Below, in pieces: positions 47,702 to 57,643 of a DNA stretch of 64,000 nt (positions are counted from its first letter, which is position 1; each line of letters begins with the position of its first letter). The position numbers were made by a program, and so were the translations under genes. Below the pieces are notes generated by a model that did no database searches, was not told where the DNA came from, and saw only the letters and a list, made by a program, of their open reading frames with translations. The stretch is from a virus. The DNA lies in the IMG/VR virus record IMGVR_UViG_3300033388_002987, positions 1 to 64,000 of that record; one strand, 5' to 3'.

Positions 47702-48493
47702 GTGACTAAAGAACAAGTAGAGACACATGGAGAAGTAATTAAGTGGTTTTGTGATAATGCAGATAAAGGTGCATGGATGGCACACGAAAAAGGTTCATGG
47801 TCTTTAAGAATAGAACCTACATGGGACACTAATTGTTTTTACGTTCAAAACGACCAATATGCTGTCCTTCGTAAAGCTCAAGCAGATGGTAAGGCCATAC
47901 AAATAAGACAGAATCCTCATGCTAATTGGGTGGATGGTAACACCAAAGCATTCTCTTTATTATATGAATGCTATCGTATCAAACCAGATGAACCTAAATT
48001 TAAAGACTTACTTATACTTGGTGATTACTACAAGGCAGACACAGAAGGTAATATTCACTCCAAAAGAACTGGAAAGATATTGAAACCATACCTAGAAAAG
48101 AATGGCTATCTAACAGTAACCTTGTTTCATAAAGAGCAAGGCATAAAGAAAACTAAAACAGTACATAGACTAGTTATGGAAGCTTTCAATGGAGAAAATA
48201 CACTTGATGTAAACCATATAGATGAAGACAAGACTAACAATAAGCTGTCTAATCTTGAGTGGATGACAAGAAAAGAAAATGTAAATCATGGTACTGGTAG
48301 GGCAAGACAAGTTGAAGCTAATTCAACTCGAGTAAAAGCTACCCACCTAAAGACTGGAGAAGAGTTAGAATTTATATCATGTGCTGAAGCTATTAGACTT
48401 GGTTATGCAACATTAGATGTATATGAATATCTTAAAAGCAATACAAGATTATCACACAAGGGGATGAGATGGGAACTTCAGACAGATTCGTAA
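47702..48493 (+). CDS. phage protein fused to NUMOD4/HNH endonuclease
   Basis: C-terminal [26 protein letters not shown]. Confidence 0.8.
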   Translation: MTKEQVETHGEVIKWFCDNADKGAWMAHEKGSWSLRIEPTWDTNCFYVQNDQYAVLRKAQADGKAIQIRQNPHANWVDGNTKAFSLLYECYRIKPDEPKFKDLLILGDYYKADTEGNIHSKRTGKILKPYLEKNGYLTVTLFHKEQGIKKTKTVHRLVMEAFNGENTLDVNHIDEDKTNNKLSNLEWMTRKENVNHGTGRARQVEANSTRVKATHLKTGEELEFISCAEAIRLGYATLDVYEYLKSNTRLSHKGMRWELQTDS

Positions 48494-48900
48494 CAATATG
48501 TACTCAATGTAGGTTGATTGATTACAACTGTAAATGTGGGGATGAAAAAACAAGTCCTTTTAAAGTAGGAGATTGGGTAAGAGTTACTTGTGAATTTTCC
48601 ACTACAATACAAAAGATATACAATATAACTCATGCTGCAATTAATTTTGAAGAGTTTTCTACCAAGAATATTAACACTAGGAGTTTTGCACCATTAAACG
48701 ACAGAGGGTTTAAAATTGAACTATGGCAACCAACTGAAGGTGAATGGTGTGTGTTTTGGGATAGAGAAACAACGGATAGATATTCAATTAGAAAATACAG
48801 AAATAAAGTTCCACAAGGGTATTTTGATGTAACATCAAAAGTATGGACAAACATAGCCCCACTAGAATTTATACAAACACTAAAGGACACGCATGCGTAA
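48469..48900 (+). CDS. hypothetical (probable displaced C-terminal part of 47702 host gene)
   Basis: PFKVGDWV continues the PKFK junction; [14 protein letters not shown]. Confidence 0.55.
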   Translation: MGTSDRFVTICTQCRLIDYNCKCGDEKTSPFKVGDWVRVTCEFSTTIQKIYNITHAAINFEEFSTKNINTRSFAPLNDRGFKIELWQPTEGEWCVFWDRETTDRYSIRKYRNKVPQGYFDVTSKVWTNIAPLEFIQTLKDTHA

Positions 48901-50023
48901 ACTTGTAACAACAAGAACAGTAGACAAGCTAATACCAATCCCTAAAGCAGACCGCATAGAAATAGCCTTAATAGGTGGCTGGTCATGTATCGTTAAAAAA
49001 GGTGAGTTCTCTGAAGGAGATCAAGGCATCTTCTTCGAAATAGATTCTTGGATTCCTGAAACAGACTCTAGATTCTCTTTCCTAGGTTCTACTAAAGACT
49101 ACCTTGGTAACCAAGGTTGGCGTATACGCACAATGAAGATGCGTGGTGTAATCTCTCAAGGATTACTACTACCACTAGCATCATTCCCTGAGTTAAACTT
49201 GTCTAACGAATCTCACGAGGACGCACTTGGCGTACTTAAATGGGAACAGCAAACTGGTGATGACTCTCGTCTTGGTATAAAAACTTCAACTAAAGTTCCA
49301 AAGTTCCCTAGCTTCATCCCTAAGACTGATCAAGAACGCATTCAAAACTTAATGCACTACTTCAACACTCACAAGGAAATGCAATTCGAAGAGACACTAA
49401 AACTAGATGGCTCATCAATGACTTGTTATAAGATTGATAAAGAGTTTACTTTACTACAAAGGCTTGCAAATAACTTCGCCCTACACTTCAGAATCAAACC
49501 ATTCTTTAAAGGTGAACACTTTGGTGTATGTAGTAGGAACTTAGAGCTTAAGTCTACTGCTAACTATGAAACAACTTATGATAACGATGGTAAAACATCA
49601 ACCCATTCTCAAGGAAACTTCTGGAGAACAGCACTCAAGTATGGTATCCACACAGCACTTCCAGTAGGCTTCGCCATACAGGGAGAGCTTATCGGACCAT
49701 CAATCCAGGGCAACCACGAAAAGGTAGAGGAACTGGAGTATCATATCTACGATGTGTTTGCTATTAAACTAGGCCGTTATCTAACTCCAGAAGAACGCGT
49801 AGCGTTCTGTAAAGTCACACTAGCAGGAGTACCTCATGTACCAATTATCGGAACTTCAAAGGTATTCTCAGATGTAAACTCATTTGATGAACTACAAGCA
49901 AGAGTAACTGGAGAATCAATTAACCCTAAAACAGTATCAGAAGGTCGTGTCTACAAATCAATATGTGGCACAACAACCTTCAAAGCTGTATCAAATCAAT
50001 ACCTCCTTAAAGGCGGTAATTAA
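48893..50023 (+). CDS. RNA ligase (Rnl2/DRB0094-like) with N-terminal OB fold
   Basis: IPKADRIE, FFEIDS, FIPKTDQERIQN, motif I KLDGSS, QGELIG, EG.VYK..FKAVS. Confidence 0.9.
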   Translation: MRKLVTTRTVDKLIPIPKADRIEIALIGGWSCIVKKGEFSEGDQGIFFEIDSWIPETDSRFSFLGSTKDYLGNQGWRIRTMKMRGVISQGLLLPLASFPELNLSNESHEDALGVLKWEQQTGDDSRLGIKTSTKVPKFPSFIPKTDQERIQNLMHYFNTHKEMQFEETLKLDGSSMTCYKIDKEFTLLQRLANNFALHFRIKPFFKGEHFGVCSRNLELKSTANYETTYDNDGKTSTHSQGNFWRTALKYGIHTALPVGFAIQGELIGPSIQGNHEKVEELEYHIYDVFAIKLGRYLTPEERVAFCKVTLAGVPHVPIIGTSKVFSDVNSFDELQARVTGESINPKTVSEGRVYKSICGTTTFKAVSNQYLLKGGN

Positions 50024-50031
50024 GGACTAAA

Positions 50032-50679
50032 ATGGAACTCTGCTGTATCAGTGACACTCACAGTAAACACGCTCAACTAGACCTCACACAATACCCAGCA
50101 GACGTCCTAGTCCACGCAGGGGACTGGACAAGAAGTAATGACCTAGAGCTATCTGAGACTATTAATTTCCTTGAATGGCTTGAGAACCAACCCTATAAGC
50201 ACAAAGTGCTTATAGCTGGTAACCATGAAGTACAAGTAGAAGCTGATATTGAAAACTTTAAAAGAGTCTTAGCTATAATAGCTCCGTCAGTGACATTCTT
50301 AAACGACTCTGCTGTAATAATATCCGGCATCAAGTTCTACGGTTCACCTTACTCTAATGAGTTTTTTAACTGGGCTTTTATGGAAGACGAGTTTTACTTA
50401 AAGCATCGCTGGGATAAAATCCCAGACGATACTCAGGTACTAATAACACATGGCCCTGCATACGGCTGTAATGACCTAGTGAAACACTATAGAGGAGCTG
50501 ACCCTCATGTAGGTAGTAAGTCTTTACACTATCGTAAACTTACTATACAAGATTCTTTAAAGTTACACATAAGTGGGCATATACATGAGGCCTACGGGGT
50601 AACTGGTAATAGTGTCTGTGCTAGTGTACTTGATGAGAAATATCAATTGGTTAATAAGCCAATAGTAATGGAGATTTAA
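50032..50679 (+). CDS. calcineurin-like metallophosphoesterase
   Basis: ISDTH, HAGD, AGNHE, LITHGP, SGHIHE. Confidence 0.92.
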   Translation: MELCCISDTHSKHAQLDLTQYPADVLVHAGDWTRSNDLELSETINFLEWLENQPYKHKVLIAGNHEVQVEADIENFKRVLAIIAPSVTFLNDSAVIISGIKFYGSPYSNEFFNWAFMEDEFYLKHRWDKIPDDTQVLITHGPAYGCNDLVKHYRGADPHVGSKSLHYRKLTIQDSLKLHISGHIHEAYGVTGNSVCASVLDEKYQLVNKPIVMEI

Positions 50680-50888
50680 TGAAAACTACACACATGTTCC
50701 CTGATAGAATGGGTAATGATATAACTATAGGCTGCACAGTAGCCGTAGTTGTTAAACGAGGGTGGGTTGCTGCATTAGCTTATGGAGAAGTACTTTCTGT
50801 AGACTCTAAGATAAAAGTAAAAGGATTTGGAGCTAAGCGTACTTGTAAAGAAGTACTAGTTCTAAAAACATTAAATGAAAACCAATAA
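50679..50888 (+). CDS. hypothetical protein
   Basis: TAATG-coupled. Confidence 0.55.
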   Translation: MKTTHMFPDRMGNDITIGCTVAVVVKRGWVAALAYGEVLSVDSKIKVKGFGAKRTCKEVLVLKTLNENQ

Positions 50889-50904
50889 AACAAAGGAAAA
50901 CAAC

Positions 50905-51192
50905 ATGGCAAAAACAATCAGAAACGGAAGAGCATTTCCAAAATCAGTAAAATCAGCAGTTCTAGATGAACTAAGAAACGGTGTTAAATCACAAGTATCG
51001 ATTGGAGCTGCTCACAACGTGAGTAGCGTAACAGTATCCGCATGGGGAGCAGCTGCAGGTATTGCACCAGCAATCTCACAACCAGTTCAACTAGCAGCAC
51101 ATTGTGCACGTCTTAAAACAGCAACTGCTTTCAATACTCCTATACCACAAGCTGACGGGTCAATCCTATTCAAGGGTAAGTCTTACAGATAG
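50905..51192 (+). CDS. HTH DNA-binding protein
   Basis: FPKSVKSAVL...SQVSIGAAHNVSSVTVSAW; ATG 50905 after AAGGA. Confidence 0.7.
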   Translation: MAKTIRNGRAFPKSVKSAVLDELRNGVKSQVSIGAAHNVSSVTVSAWGAAAGIAPAISQPVQLAAHCARLKTATAFNTPIPQADGSILFKGKSYR

Positions 51193-51590
51193 TCAACTAG
51201 GTTACGGTATTAGGCCGTTTATAAATAGCAGGTCGCTTACCTATTACTCCTCTTATAGTAACGCTCAACTTAGGGCGGTACCTGCTTGCAGAACTGTAGT
51301 GGAGGCCAATGCGACATGCCTAATAAGTACTAGCAGTCTGTCAAGACTATAAACTTGTCTGACATAATCTCTCAGAAGTATCTCTACCCATACTAATTGA
51401 GGTAGATGCAAAAAGACACAGCAACTGTATAAGGCTAGAGCAGGGTGGATCCTGCTTACATTTAGTACTCCTAAGAGCATCAACAGCACCATGTAAGGGG
51501 TGCGTTGTAGCAGAGAAGGTTTACACCTTCTCGGTACCGAGCAGGTACATGCAACAGCTGATGTTCTAAGGAATACTAATAAATTTTAAA
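51193..51590 (+). ncRNA. candidate ~400-nt structured RNA
   Basis: Multibranch stem 51462-51482/51559-51579; hairpin AGCAGG-GTGGAT-CCTGCT; long-range 9-bp pairing 51278-51286 with 51540-51548. Confidence 0.5.
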
Positions 51591-51598
51591 GGAATAAC

Positions 51599-52579
51599 AT
51601 GACAGGTTTACAAGAATTAATTAATAAGATAAAAGCTGAGGATCACTCAGCGTACTTAGCACTGCTAAATAAGATAAATGGTGAGAAAATGGACAGGTAC
51701 GCCATTGGTAAATTATTTGCAAGTGCTACATTCACAAAAATAACTAATAATCAGTTACTACTACTACGCTCTATGAGTTTTAAAGGTGGTGATACTATCT
51801 GGCTTAGCACGTATAACCGTACACTTTCAAGCTTTGAAAATAGGTTTCAGAATACGCGTGGAGACTACCAGTTGAAATATGGTATTGATTCTCTACCAAA
51901 AGTTGATACTAAATTTATAACTACCTACCACAGAACTCAATGGCGTAAAGCTAACCCGTCTACTCGTAAGAACGGTCCTGCTAAAGGTACTCAATTTACA
52001 TTTAAAATGGATATGTTCTCACTAACCATCTTTAAAAATAGTATAAAGAACGAGTTCCTCCGCACCGAGGGTAAGAACTTTATAATGAAAGTCAATAAGG
52101 CTTTCAGTGAGTCAGAAGGTAATGATTCCCATACTAAGATACGTAATAAATTTTATGCACTGATACTTGATAATACTCCAGTACATACTAAAGCTATGAT
52201 AAATGAATTAAGTCCAACTGCTTTAAAAACTAATGGTACTTACTACATACCTGATGCTGATGAAGCAATAATAGTAGGATTCCGTTGGGGAGGTGATAAC
52301 GAAGTTAGCTACGCTACATCCTATAGCATGGACACATACTCAACTGACTTACCACTAGTAACACACAACATCGGATCAGAAGATGAACGTCACAATAATA
52401 GGTTACTATCAGCCAGCTCTATGTTACTAACAGCACACGCCTCGACAGATTGTGAAGCTTATAAGTCTGCAGCTACACGTATGGTAAAACACTTACCAAG
52501 AACTATAGTCACAGCTGCTTTAGCAAAAACACAAGCCGTAGCGACACTACGCTCAATCTTAAAGGAATCAAATGAATAA
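51599..52579 (+). CDS. hypothetical protein, 326 aa
   Basis: AAGGA RBS. Confidence 0.7.
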   Translation: MTGLQELINKIKAEDHSAYLALLNKINGEKMDRYAIGKLFASATFTKITNNQLLLLRSMSFKGGDTIWLSTYNRTLSSFENRFQNTRGDYQLKYGIDSLPKVDTKFITTYHRTQWRKANPSTRKNGPAKGTQFTFKMDMFSLTIFKNSIKNEFLRTEGKNFIMKVNKAFSESEGNDSHTKIRNKFYALILDNTPVHTKAMINELSPTALKTNGTYYIPDADEAIIVGFRWGGDNEVSYATSYSMDTYSTDLPLVTHNIGSEDERHNNRLLSASSMLLTAHASTDCEAYKSAATRMVKHLPRTIVTAALAKTQAVATLRSILKESNE

Positions 52580-54853
52580 TACAATCACAACAATACTCTC
52601 TACAAACATTAAAGGGCAATTAGCCGGAGCAGACATAGGTGGAGGTATCTGTATAGCTGGGTCACCAGGTATCGGTAAAACTCAAACTATGTACAAGATA
52701 GCTAAAGACTTAAACATGGAGATTGTGCAAGTATCAATCCCAGAAGTATCCACTGAAAACCTTTCGGGTTAACAAACAATTGAACATTACACTTAAAACC
52801 TACCACGATGAGAATATAAAAATGATAATGGTAGTCTAAAGTAATAATGTTTAATTTGTTACAGCCCCTCTACACAGTAATGTGTATAGCAAATCCCTTT
52901 AATTGCTGGGAACTCTTGTAAGTTTTAATACTACAATAACCGTGAAAACAGGTTATGAATGTTTAACAAATTAAAAATAGAGACAATCAGCAGCCAAGCT
53001 CCGTATAGGAGAAGGTTCAACGACTAGTGCATTGTGCACGTACACCTAAGTAGGTGGAAATGGGGGACATCTTTAAACTAACTTTAAGAAATTTCTCGGT
53101 ATACTTACTTATCTAATTTAAGGAAGTACAATGGGAAATAAAGAAATTTTCAAACCAGTCAACTCTAAATACGGTACTCGTTACGAAGTGTCAAATCAAG
53201 GAAGACTGAGAATAACAACTAAGTGTGGAACAAAGCTCCGAACAGGTAGCTTACACCCTCAAATGCATACTACATATGTAAAAGCATCATTATCTAATAA
53301 TGGTATAAACTACACAGTACATATGCACAGACTAGTTGCCGAGGCATTCATACCGAATCCTGACAATAAACCATTCGTAAATCATAAAGATAAGGATGGT
53401 ACTAATAATAATGTATCTAATCTAGAGTGGACAACTCCCTCAGAGAATATGCAACATTCCGCTGATAATCTAGCCCTTAATAGTAAAGCTAAAAGCACAA
53501 AGAAACGTATAACTACGGTAACTCTTGACAGCTTTGAAGATTACTTAACATATATAGGCAAAGACATCGGAGGACGTACTATTATTGGTGTACAGTATAA
53601 GAAACTAACAATAGGCAATAAGCCTGTATTTAAGTGGTTTGGTGTTTATACTTGTAACAATTGTCAAGACGAAATAAGTAGCCCTTGGAATCAAACAATG
53701 AGAAGATCACTAGAAGGACGTAAGCAATTTTGCTTACAATGCTCTAGAAAGTTAAAACCTAAAGATGAAGATATAGTCTAGCCTACACAGAGATGTGTAG
53801 CTGCAGGTAATGCTGCGGACACAGCCTAACGAGCTGTGTTGAATATAAGCGATTCCAGACTTCCTTGACGCTCAACATATGGATGCTTACTCAGTAACTG
53901 GTACAACTGACTCACAAGCTACTAAATGGTCTGTACCTCAAATTATTGAAACAGTAAACCGCTTAGCTGCTACACCCGGCAAAGCCGGTTGTATCTTATT
54001 CATAGATGACTTGCACCGTGTAAACATGGCAGTAGCTCCCTACTTATACGGTCTCCTTGGAGAACGTAAACTAGGCTCTTATAGACTTGACGGAAAAGTG
54101 GCTATCATGGGCGCAATGAACGACTCTGACGAAGCAGGCTTCTCAGGAGTAGACAGCCCTATTAAAGATAGAATTGGTATTTTACCAGTTCCATTCGACT
54201 TTGAATACTGGTTTGATAACTTTGGTAAACACCTACACTTCTATGTAAGTTCATTCTTAAAAACTCATTCTAGCTATGTACAAGAAGATGAATCAACTAT
54301 GATTGAGCAATTTGCTACACCGCGTTCGTGGTCACACCTTGCAAATGAGTTTGAACTATACGACTTGGATTTCATCCAAGCACATACTACCTTACTTGCA
54401 AAACAAAAGGTATCTATTGCAGCTGCAAATGAACTTCAAAAACACATCGCATACGTTGAGGCAATTGACTTCACAGCTAAAATCAAAGCTAAGCAACCTA
54501 TCAATATAGCTGGACTTAAACCTATTGACCAGATCTTGTATGCATACATCATTAACTATGTTACTGATATAGAAGATGCAAAATACGTTATGAGTCTTAT
54601 TGATGGTAATATTGATTCAGCTAACTTCATTGGCTTCATAATAGGAGAGCTTTACAACAAGTTCATCGCTAAAGAAGGTGGCAAGCATATCAACGACGGC
54701 CTTACAATTATCTTAGAAAAATTGCTTAAATCAGATTACAACCCAGAATCTTATAATAAACCTATGAGTAAGGCTGTAAAAGAAACTTATGACAAGTTAT
54801 CATTCGCTGAACACGATAAGTTGTTCGCTGTAGCGTCAGAGTTTATACATTAA
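52572..54853 (+). CDS. AAA+ ATPase (N4 gp24-like), spliced: exon 1 52572-52769, exon 2 53852-54853
   Basis: Walker A GSPGIGKT in exon 1; splicing restores ENLSG-IPDFL; Walker B LFIDD and ATPRSW in exon 2. Confidence 0.9.
52770..53851 (+). mobile_element. group I intron (IA2-like)
   Basis: Exon ends in U paired to G in P1 (GGGU/GCCC); P AATTGCTGGGAA, Q AATCAGCAGC, R GTTCAACGACTAG, S AAGATATAGTC; terminal G at 53851; in-frame ligation. Confidence 0.93.
53131..53781 (+). CDS. intron-encoded NUMOD4/HNH homing endonuclease
   Basis: HRLVAEAFIPNP..VNHKD..NNNVSNLEW; located between R and S. Confidence 0.9.
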   Translation: MGNKEIFKPVNSKYGTRYEVSNQGRLRITTKCGTKLRTGSLHPQMHTTYVKASLSNNGINYTVHMHRLVAEAFIPNPDNKPFVNHKDKDGTNNNVSNLEWTTPSENMQHSADNLALNSKAKSTKKRITTVTLDSFEDYLTYIGKDIGGRTIIGVQYKKLTIGNKPVFKWFGVYTCNNCQDEISSPWNQTMRRSLEGRKQFCLQCSRKLKPKDEDIV

Positions 54854-54855
54854 CA

Positions 54856-55092
54856 ATGGTTGGTAGAGTAGTACTTCCTGGTAGTACTTTAACACTACAG
54901 TGTATCATAGACGCTACTAGGTCAATGGACTACCCAAATTACGGTAAACTTAAACGCCAGGTAGAAAGTATTCGCAATCCAATTGAACAACTCTTTCGCC
55001 TTAAAGCCCTTATTGATAATCCTATGCTTGATATTAGTACTCGTAATGCAGCTACCTTAATACTAAAGGACTTACAAAATGGACAAATTTAA
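54856..55092 (+). CDS. small hypothetical protein
   Basis: Part of an overlapping mini-ORF array. Confidence 0.55.
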   Translation: MVGRVVLPGSTLTLQCIIDATRSMDYPNYGKLKRQVESIRNPIEQLFRLKALIDNPMLDISTRNAATLILKDLQNGQI

Positions 55093-55294
55093 ATGGAAAA
55101 TATTCATTGAAGTACTAGAAAATAGCCCTACTGAACTATCACTAGACCTCTTCGAAGAGTCCCTACTAGCTCTTCCTACGGAAGACCTAAACTCAGTTGC
55201 TGAAGCACTTAAATGCACCACATCAACACCTTCAGACGTCAAAACAGCTAAGCATGTTATAGAAATGCTGCAAATATTATGGCACTACCAGTAG
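55079..55294 (+). CDS. small MDKF-start protein
   Basis: AAGGA RBS; MDKFKWKIFIEVLEN. Confidence 0.6.
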   Translation: MDKFKWKIFIEVLENSPTELSLDLFEESLLALPTEDLNSVAEALKCTTSTPSDVKTAKHVIEMLQILWHYQ

Positions 55295-55497
55295 CGCTAG
55301 TAAATACTTTACGTAGTGGCTCTATAGGGGTTGCAGGACTTGCATTAAAGAACTATATAATAAGTTTACAAAAGTTTGAGCAGGTATTTGTAATACAAAG
55401 TCTACTAGATAGTGATTTAAAGAAACTATGTGGTAGAAGTGGGGTATCCCTTTATGTTAAGCATATACTACTAGATCTAAGGACTAAAAATGGGTAA
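55279..55497 (+). CDS. small hypothetical protein
   Basis: Overlapping array. Confidence 0.5.
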   Translation: MALPVALVNTLRSGSIGVAGLALKNYIISLQKFEQVFVIQSLLDSDLKKLCGRSGVSLYVKHILLDLRTKNG

Positions 55498-55681
55498 ACA
55501 GTATAACCCTTGGGACCCATGTTATCAAATGTGGAAAAGCTTTATTAATACAACTTGCTTAGGATGCTCAAAGATGCAAATACTATTTAAAGTACAAGCC
55601 TTTAGGAATAATAAGCACCACAAATATTTAGATAACTTAGAATGTCTTGATAAAGTACTAAAAGATATTAACAATGGATAA
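55490..55681 (+). CDS. small hypothetical protein
   Basis: AAGGA RBS. Confidence 0.55.
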   Translation: MGKQYNPWDPCYQMWKSFINTTCLGCSKMQILFKVQAFRNNKHHKYLDNLECLDKVLKDINNG

Positions 55682-55928
55682 GTTTCAACGTGAACTAATG
55701 ATAGTTACAATATGTAATACTAGCACTATTACTGAAGAGCAAGCATTAGCATTCACTACACAGCTTGACCATGAATTTAAGCATAATGCCTATACCCTTA
55801 CTTATCCTATGGTACGCCTAGCTAGACTATTAGACTACGATAAGTACCCTACTGAAGTTCATGCATTTACAACACATGTATTACTAAAAGCGGACATACA
55901 AAAATATAACAATAAAAGGGAGACTTAA
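55674..55928 (+). CDS. small MDKF-start protein
   Basis: MDKFQRELMIVTICN. Confidence 0.55.
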   Translation: MDKFQRELMIVTICNTSTITEEQALAFTTQLDHEFKHNAYTLTYPMVRLARLLDYDKYPTEVHAFTTHVLLKADIQKYNNKRET

Positions 55929-57373
55929 TGAATACACAAGACTTTATAAAAGAAGCAGAAAACCTTATCTATAAAGAAGTAGCTAAAAATACTAACCTTA
56001 TTTTAGGTAAGGCCAAGACTGCCTCACTAAGTACAGGACTATTCCTTAAGCTTCCAATAGAGGTAGTAGTTGAAAAAACTAGCGAACCAGTACCTAAATT
56101 ATATAAAGAACTAAAGTCTTTCATAAACTACTTTGGCGCTTACGTAATGCACGGTAATAGCTCTAAAGCTTACTTCAAATTCATGTATCATGATGAGAAA
56201 GATTTAACTGTTATATCAAATCACTTACATCGTCACGGTATGTTCTTTGCTTTTGTGTACTTACACGAAATCCAACACATAATAAGAAAGCATAACACCA
56301 GCTCGTATGAAACTATGATGACCCGTATATGTGGCGACACCGCATTCCCACATGAAATAATCAACATAGCAGAAGATCATGCTATTAACTATAGCCTTAA
56401 AGATTTATTCATAGCAGCAAAACTTAATCGTCAATGGACTCCTATTGAAGAAATTGGTATGTACAATCAAACATACCACAACGACCAACTATCAGACATT
56501 GATATCCTTAAAGACCTATTAAAGAAGAACCCTCCAATTACTAAGACACAAATCTCAGACATGATGTCTAAGATAACATGTGACGGTAAGGAGTCACTCC
56601 AACCTACTGACCCAGGAGGTAGCACACCTGCTGCCTCGAATAACGGTAAAGTAGATAAAACAAGTACATCGTCTGACGACGCTGACATAGCACTTTCAGA
56701 CCTATCTGAGTCAATACAAGATATCATACGTACCAACACTAAAGGTACTACAGCTGGCGACCTCTTCGAACAACTATTTGATTCAATTAAAGTTGAAACA
56801 GGTTGGTTCAAGAAGATCAAAGCATCATTCAAACGTCAAGTCTACTATAAGACTCATGACTACACAACTAGCTGGGCTAACCTTAACAACACATTTAGAC
56901 GTATTTACAAGTCACCTAAGAAGACCTTCATTGATAACAAGATTAATATCATATTATCAGTGGACCACAGTGGCTCTATGAGCACTGAAGACCTTCAAAA
57001 GTTACTCTACCTAGTCGAGTCTGAGTCAAACCGTATAGCATCTCTAAAGGTACTTATACACGATACTCGTGTAATTAAAGAGTTCTTAATAGAAGATGAT
57101 TATGACATAGCTAACAACCCTGAATTTAAGGAAGCCCTAGCGACTCGTTACACCTCCGGTGGAACTAGTCATAAATGTGTATTTGAACATATCCAAGACT
57201 CTAAACTAGTAGACCCTAATATGGTAATCTATATGAGCTTCTCAGATAACTATTCTGACATTGAGCAATGCTTTAAGTCTTATCCAGTAATGCGAAAGCT
57301 AACTAATTACTGGATCTGTGCTGGAGCTAATAACCCTGTATCAGTTCCTGGTACTAATATAATGATGGTATAG
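55928..57373 (+). CDS. metallopeptidase-vWA protein (DUF2201-like, N4 gp25-like)
   Basis: HEIQH (HExxH), NIAED; vWA MIDAS VDHSGSM, SGGT, FSD. Confidence 0.85.
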   Translation: MNTQDFIKEAENLIYKEVAKNTNLILGKAKTASLSTGLFLKLPIEVVVEKTSEPVPKLYKELKSFINYFGAYVMHGNSSKAYFKFMYHDEKDLTVISNHLHRHGMFFAFVYLHEIQHIIRKHNTSSYETMMTRICGDTAFPHEIINIAEDHAINYSLKDLFIAAKLNRQWTPIEEIGMYNQTYHNDQLSDIDILKDLLKKNPPITKTQISDMMSKITCDGKESLQPTDPGGSTPAASNNGKVDKTSTSSDDADIALSDLSESIQDIIRTNTKGTTAGDLFEQLFDSIKVETGWFKKIKASFKRQVYYKTHDYTTSWANLNNTFRRIYKSPKKTFIDNKINIILSVDHSGSMSTEDLQKLLYLVESESNRIASLKVLIHDTRVIKEFLIEDDYDIANNPEFKEALATRYTSGGTSHKCVFEHIQDSKLVDPNMVIYMSFSDNYSDIEQCFKSYPVMRKLTNYWICAGANNPVSVPGTNIMMV

Positions 57374-57375
57374 TA

Positions 57376-57642
57376 ATGGATAAGTTTAAGCTAATTATTT
57401 TAGAAAACCTTGCTAATAATACTAATCCTACCTTTGTAGGTGTAAGTACTTGCTTAGATTATTTATTAACCAAGAAGATTTGCATATGGTCAGAGACTAT
57501 AGAATATCTCTCATTTAATAAACCTAGTGGTCGAACTAAGCGTATAGCGAAAGCTTTACATAGAAATACTAAAGGCCTTGTAGGGCATAGCCACTATTTA
57601 GTATTCTTTAAAAATCATATGGATAAATATTTCAAGGATTAA
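57376..57642 (+). CDS. small MDKF-start protein
   Basis: MDKFKLIILENLAN. Confidence 0.55.
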   Translation: MDKFKLIILENLANNTNPTFVGVSTCLDYLLTKKICIWSETIEYLSFNKPSGRTKRIAKALHRNTKGLVGHSHYLVFFKNHMDKYFKD

Positions 57643-57643
57643 C

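Noticed and set aside
51104-51492. 82-aa (+) and 75-aa (-) ORFs
   Set aside because: No RBS, atypical composition, and they overlap the structured RNA candidate.
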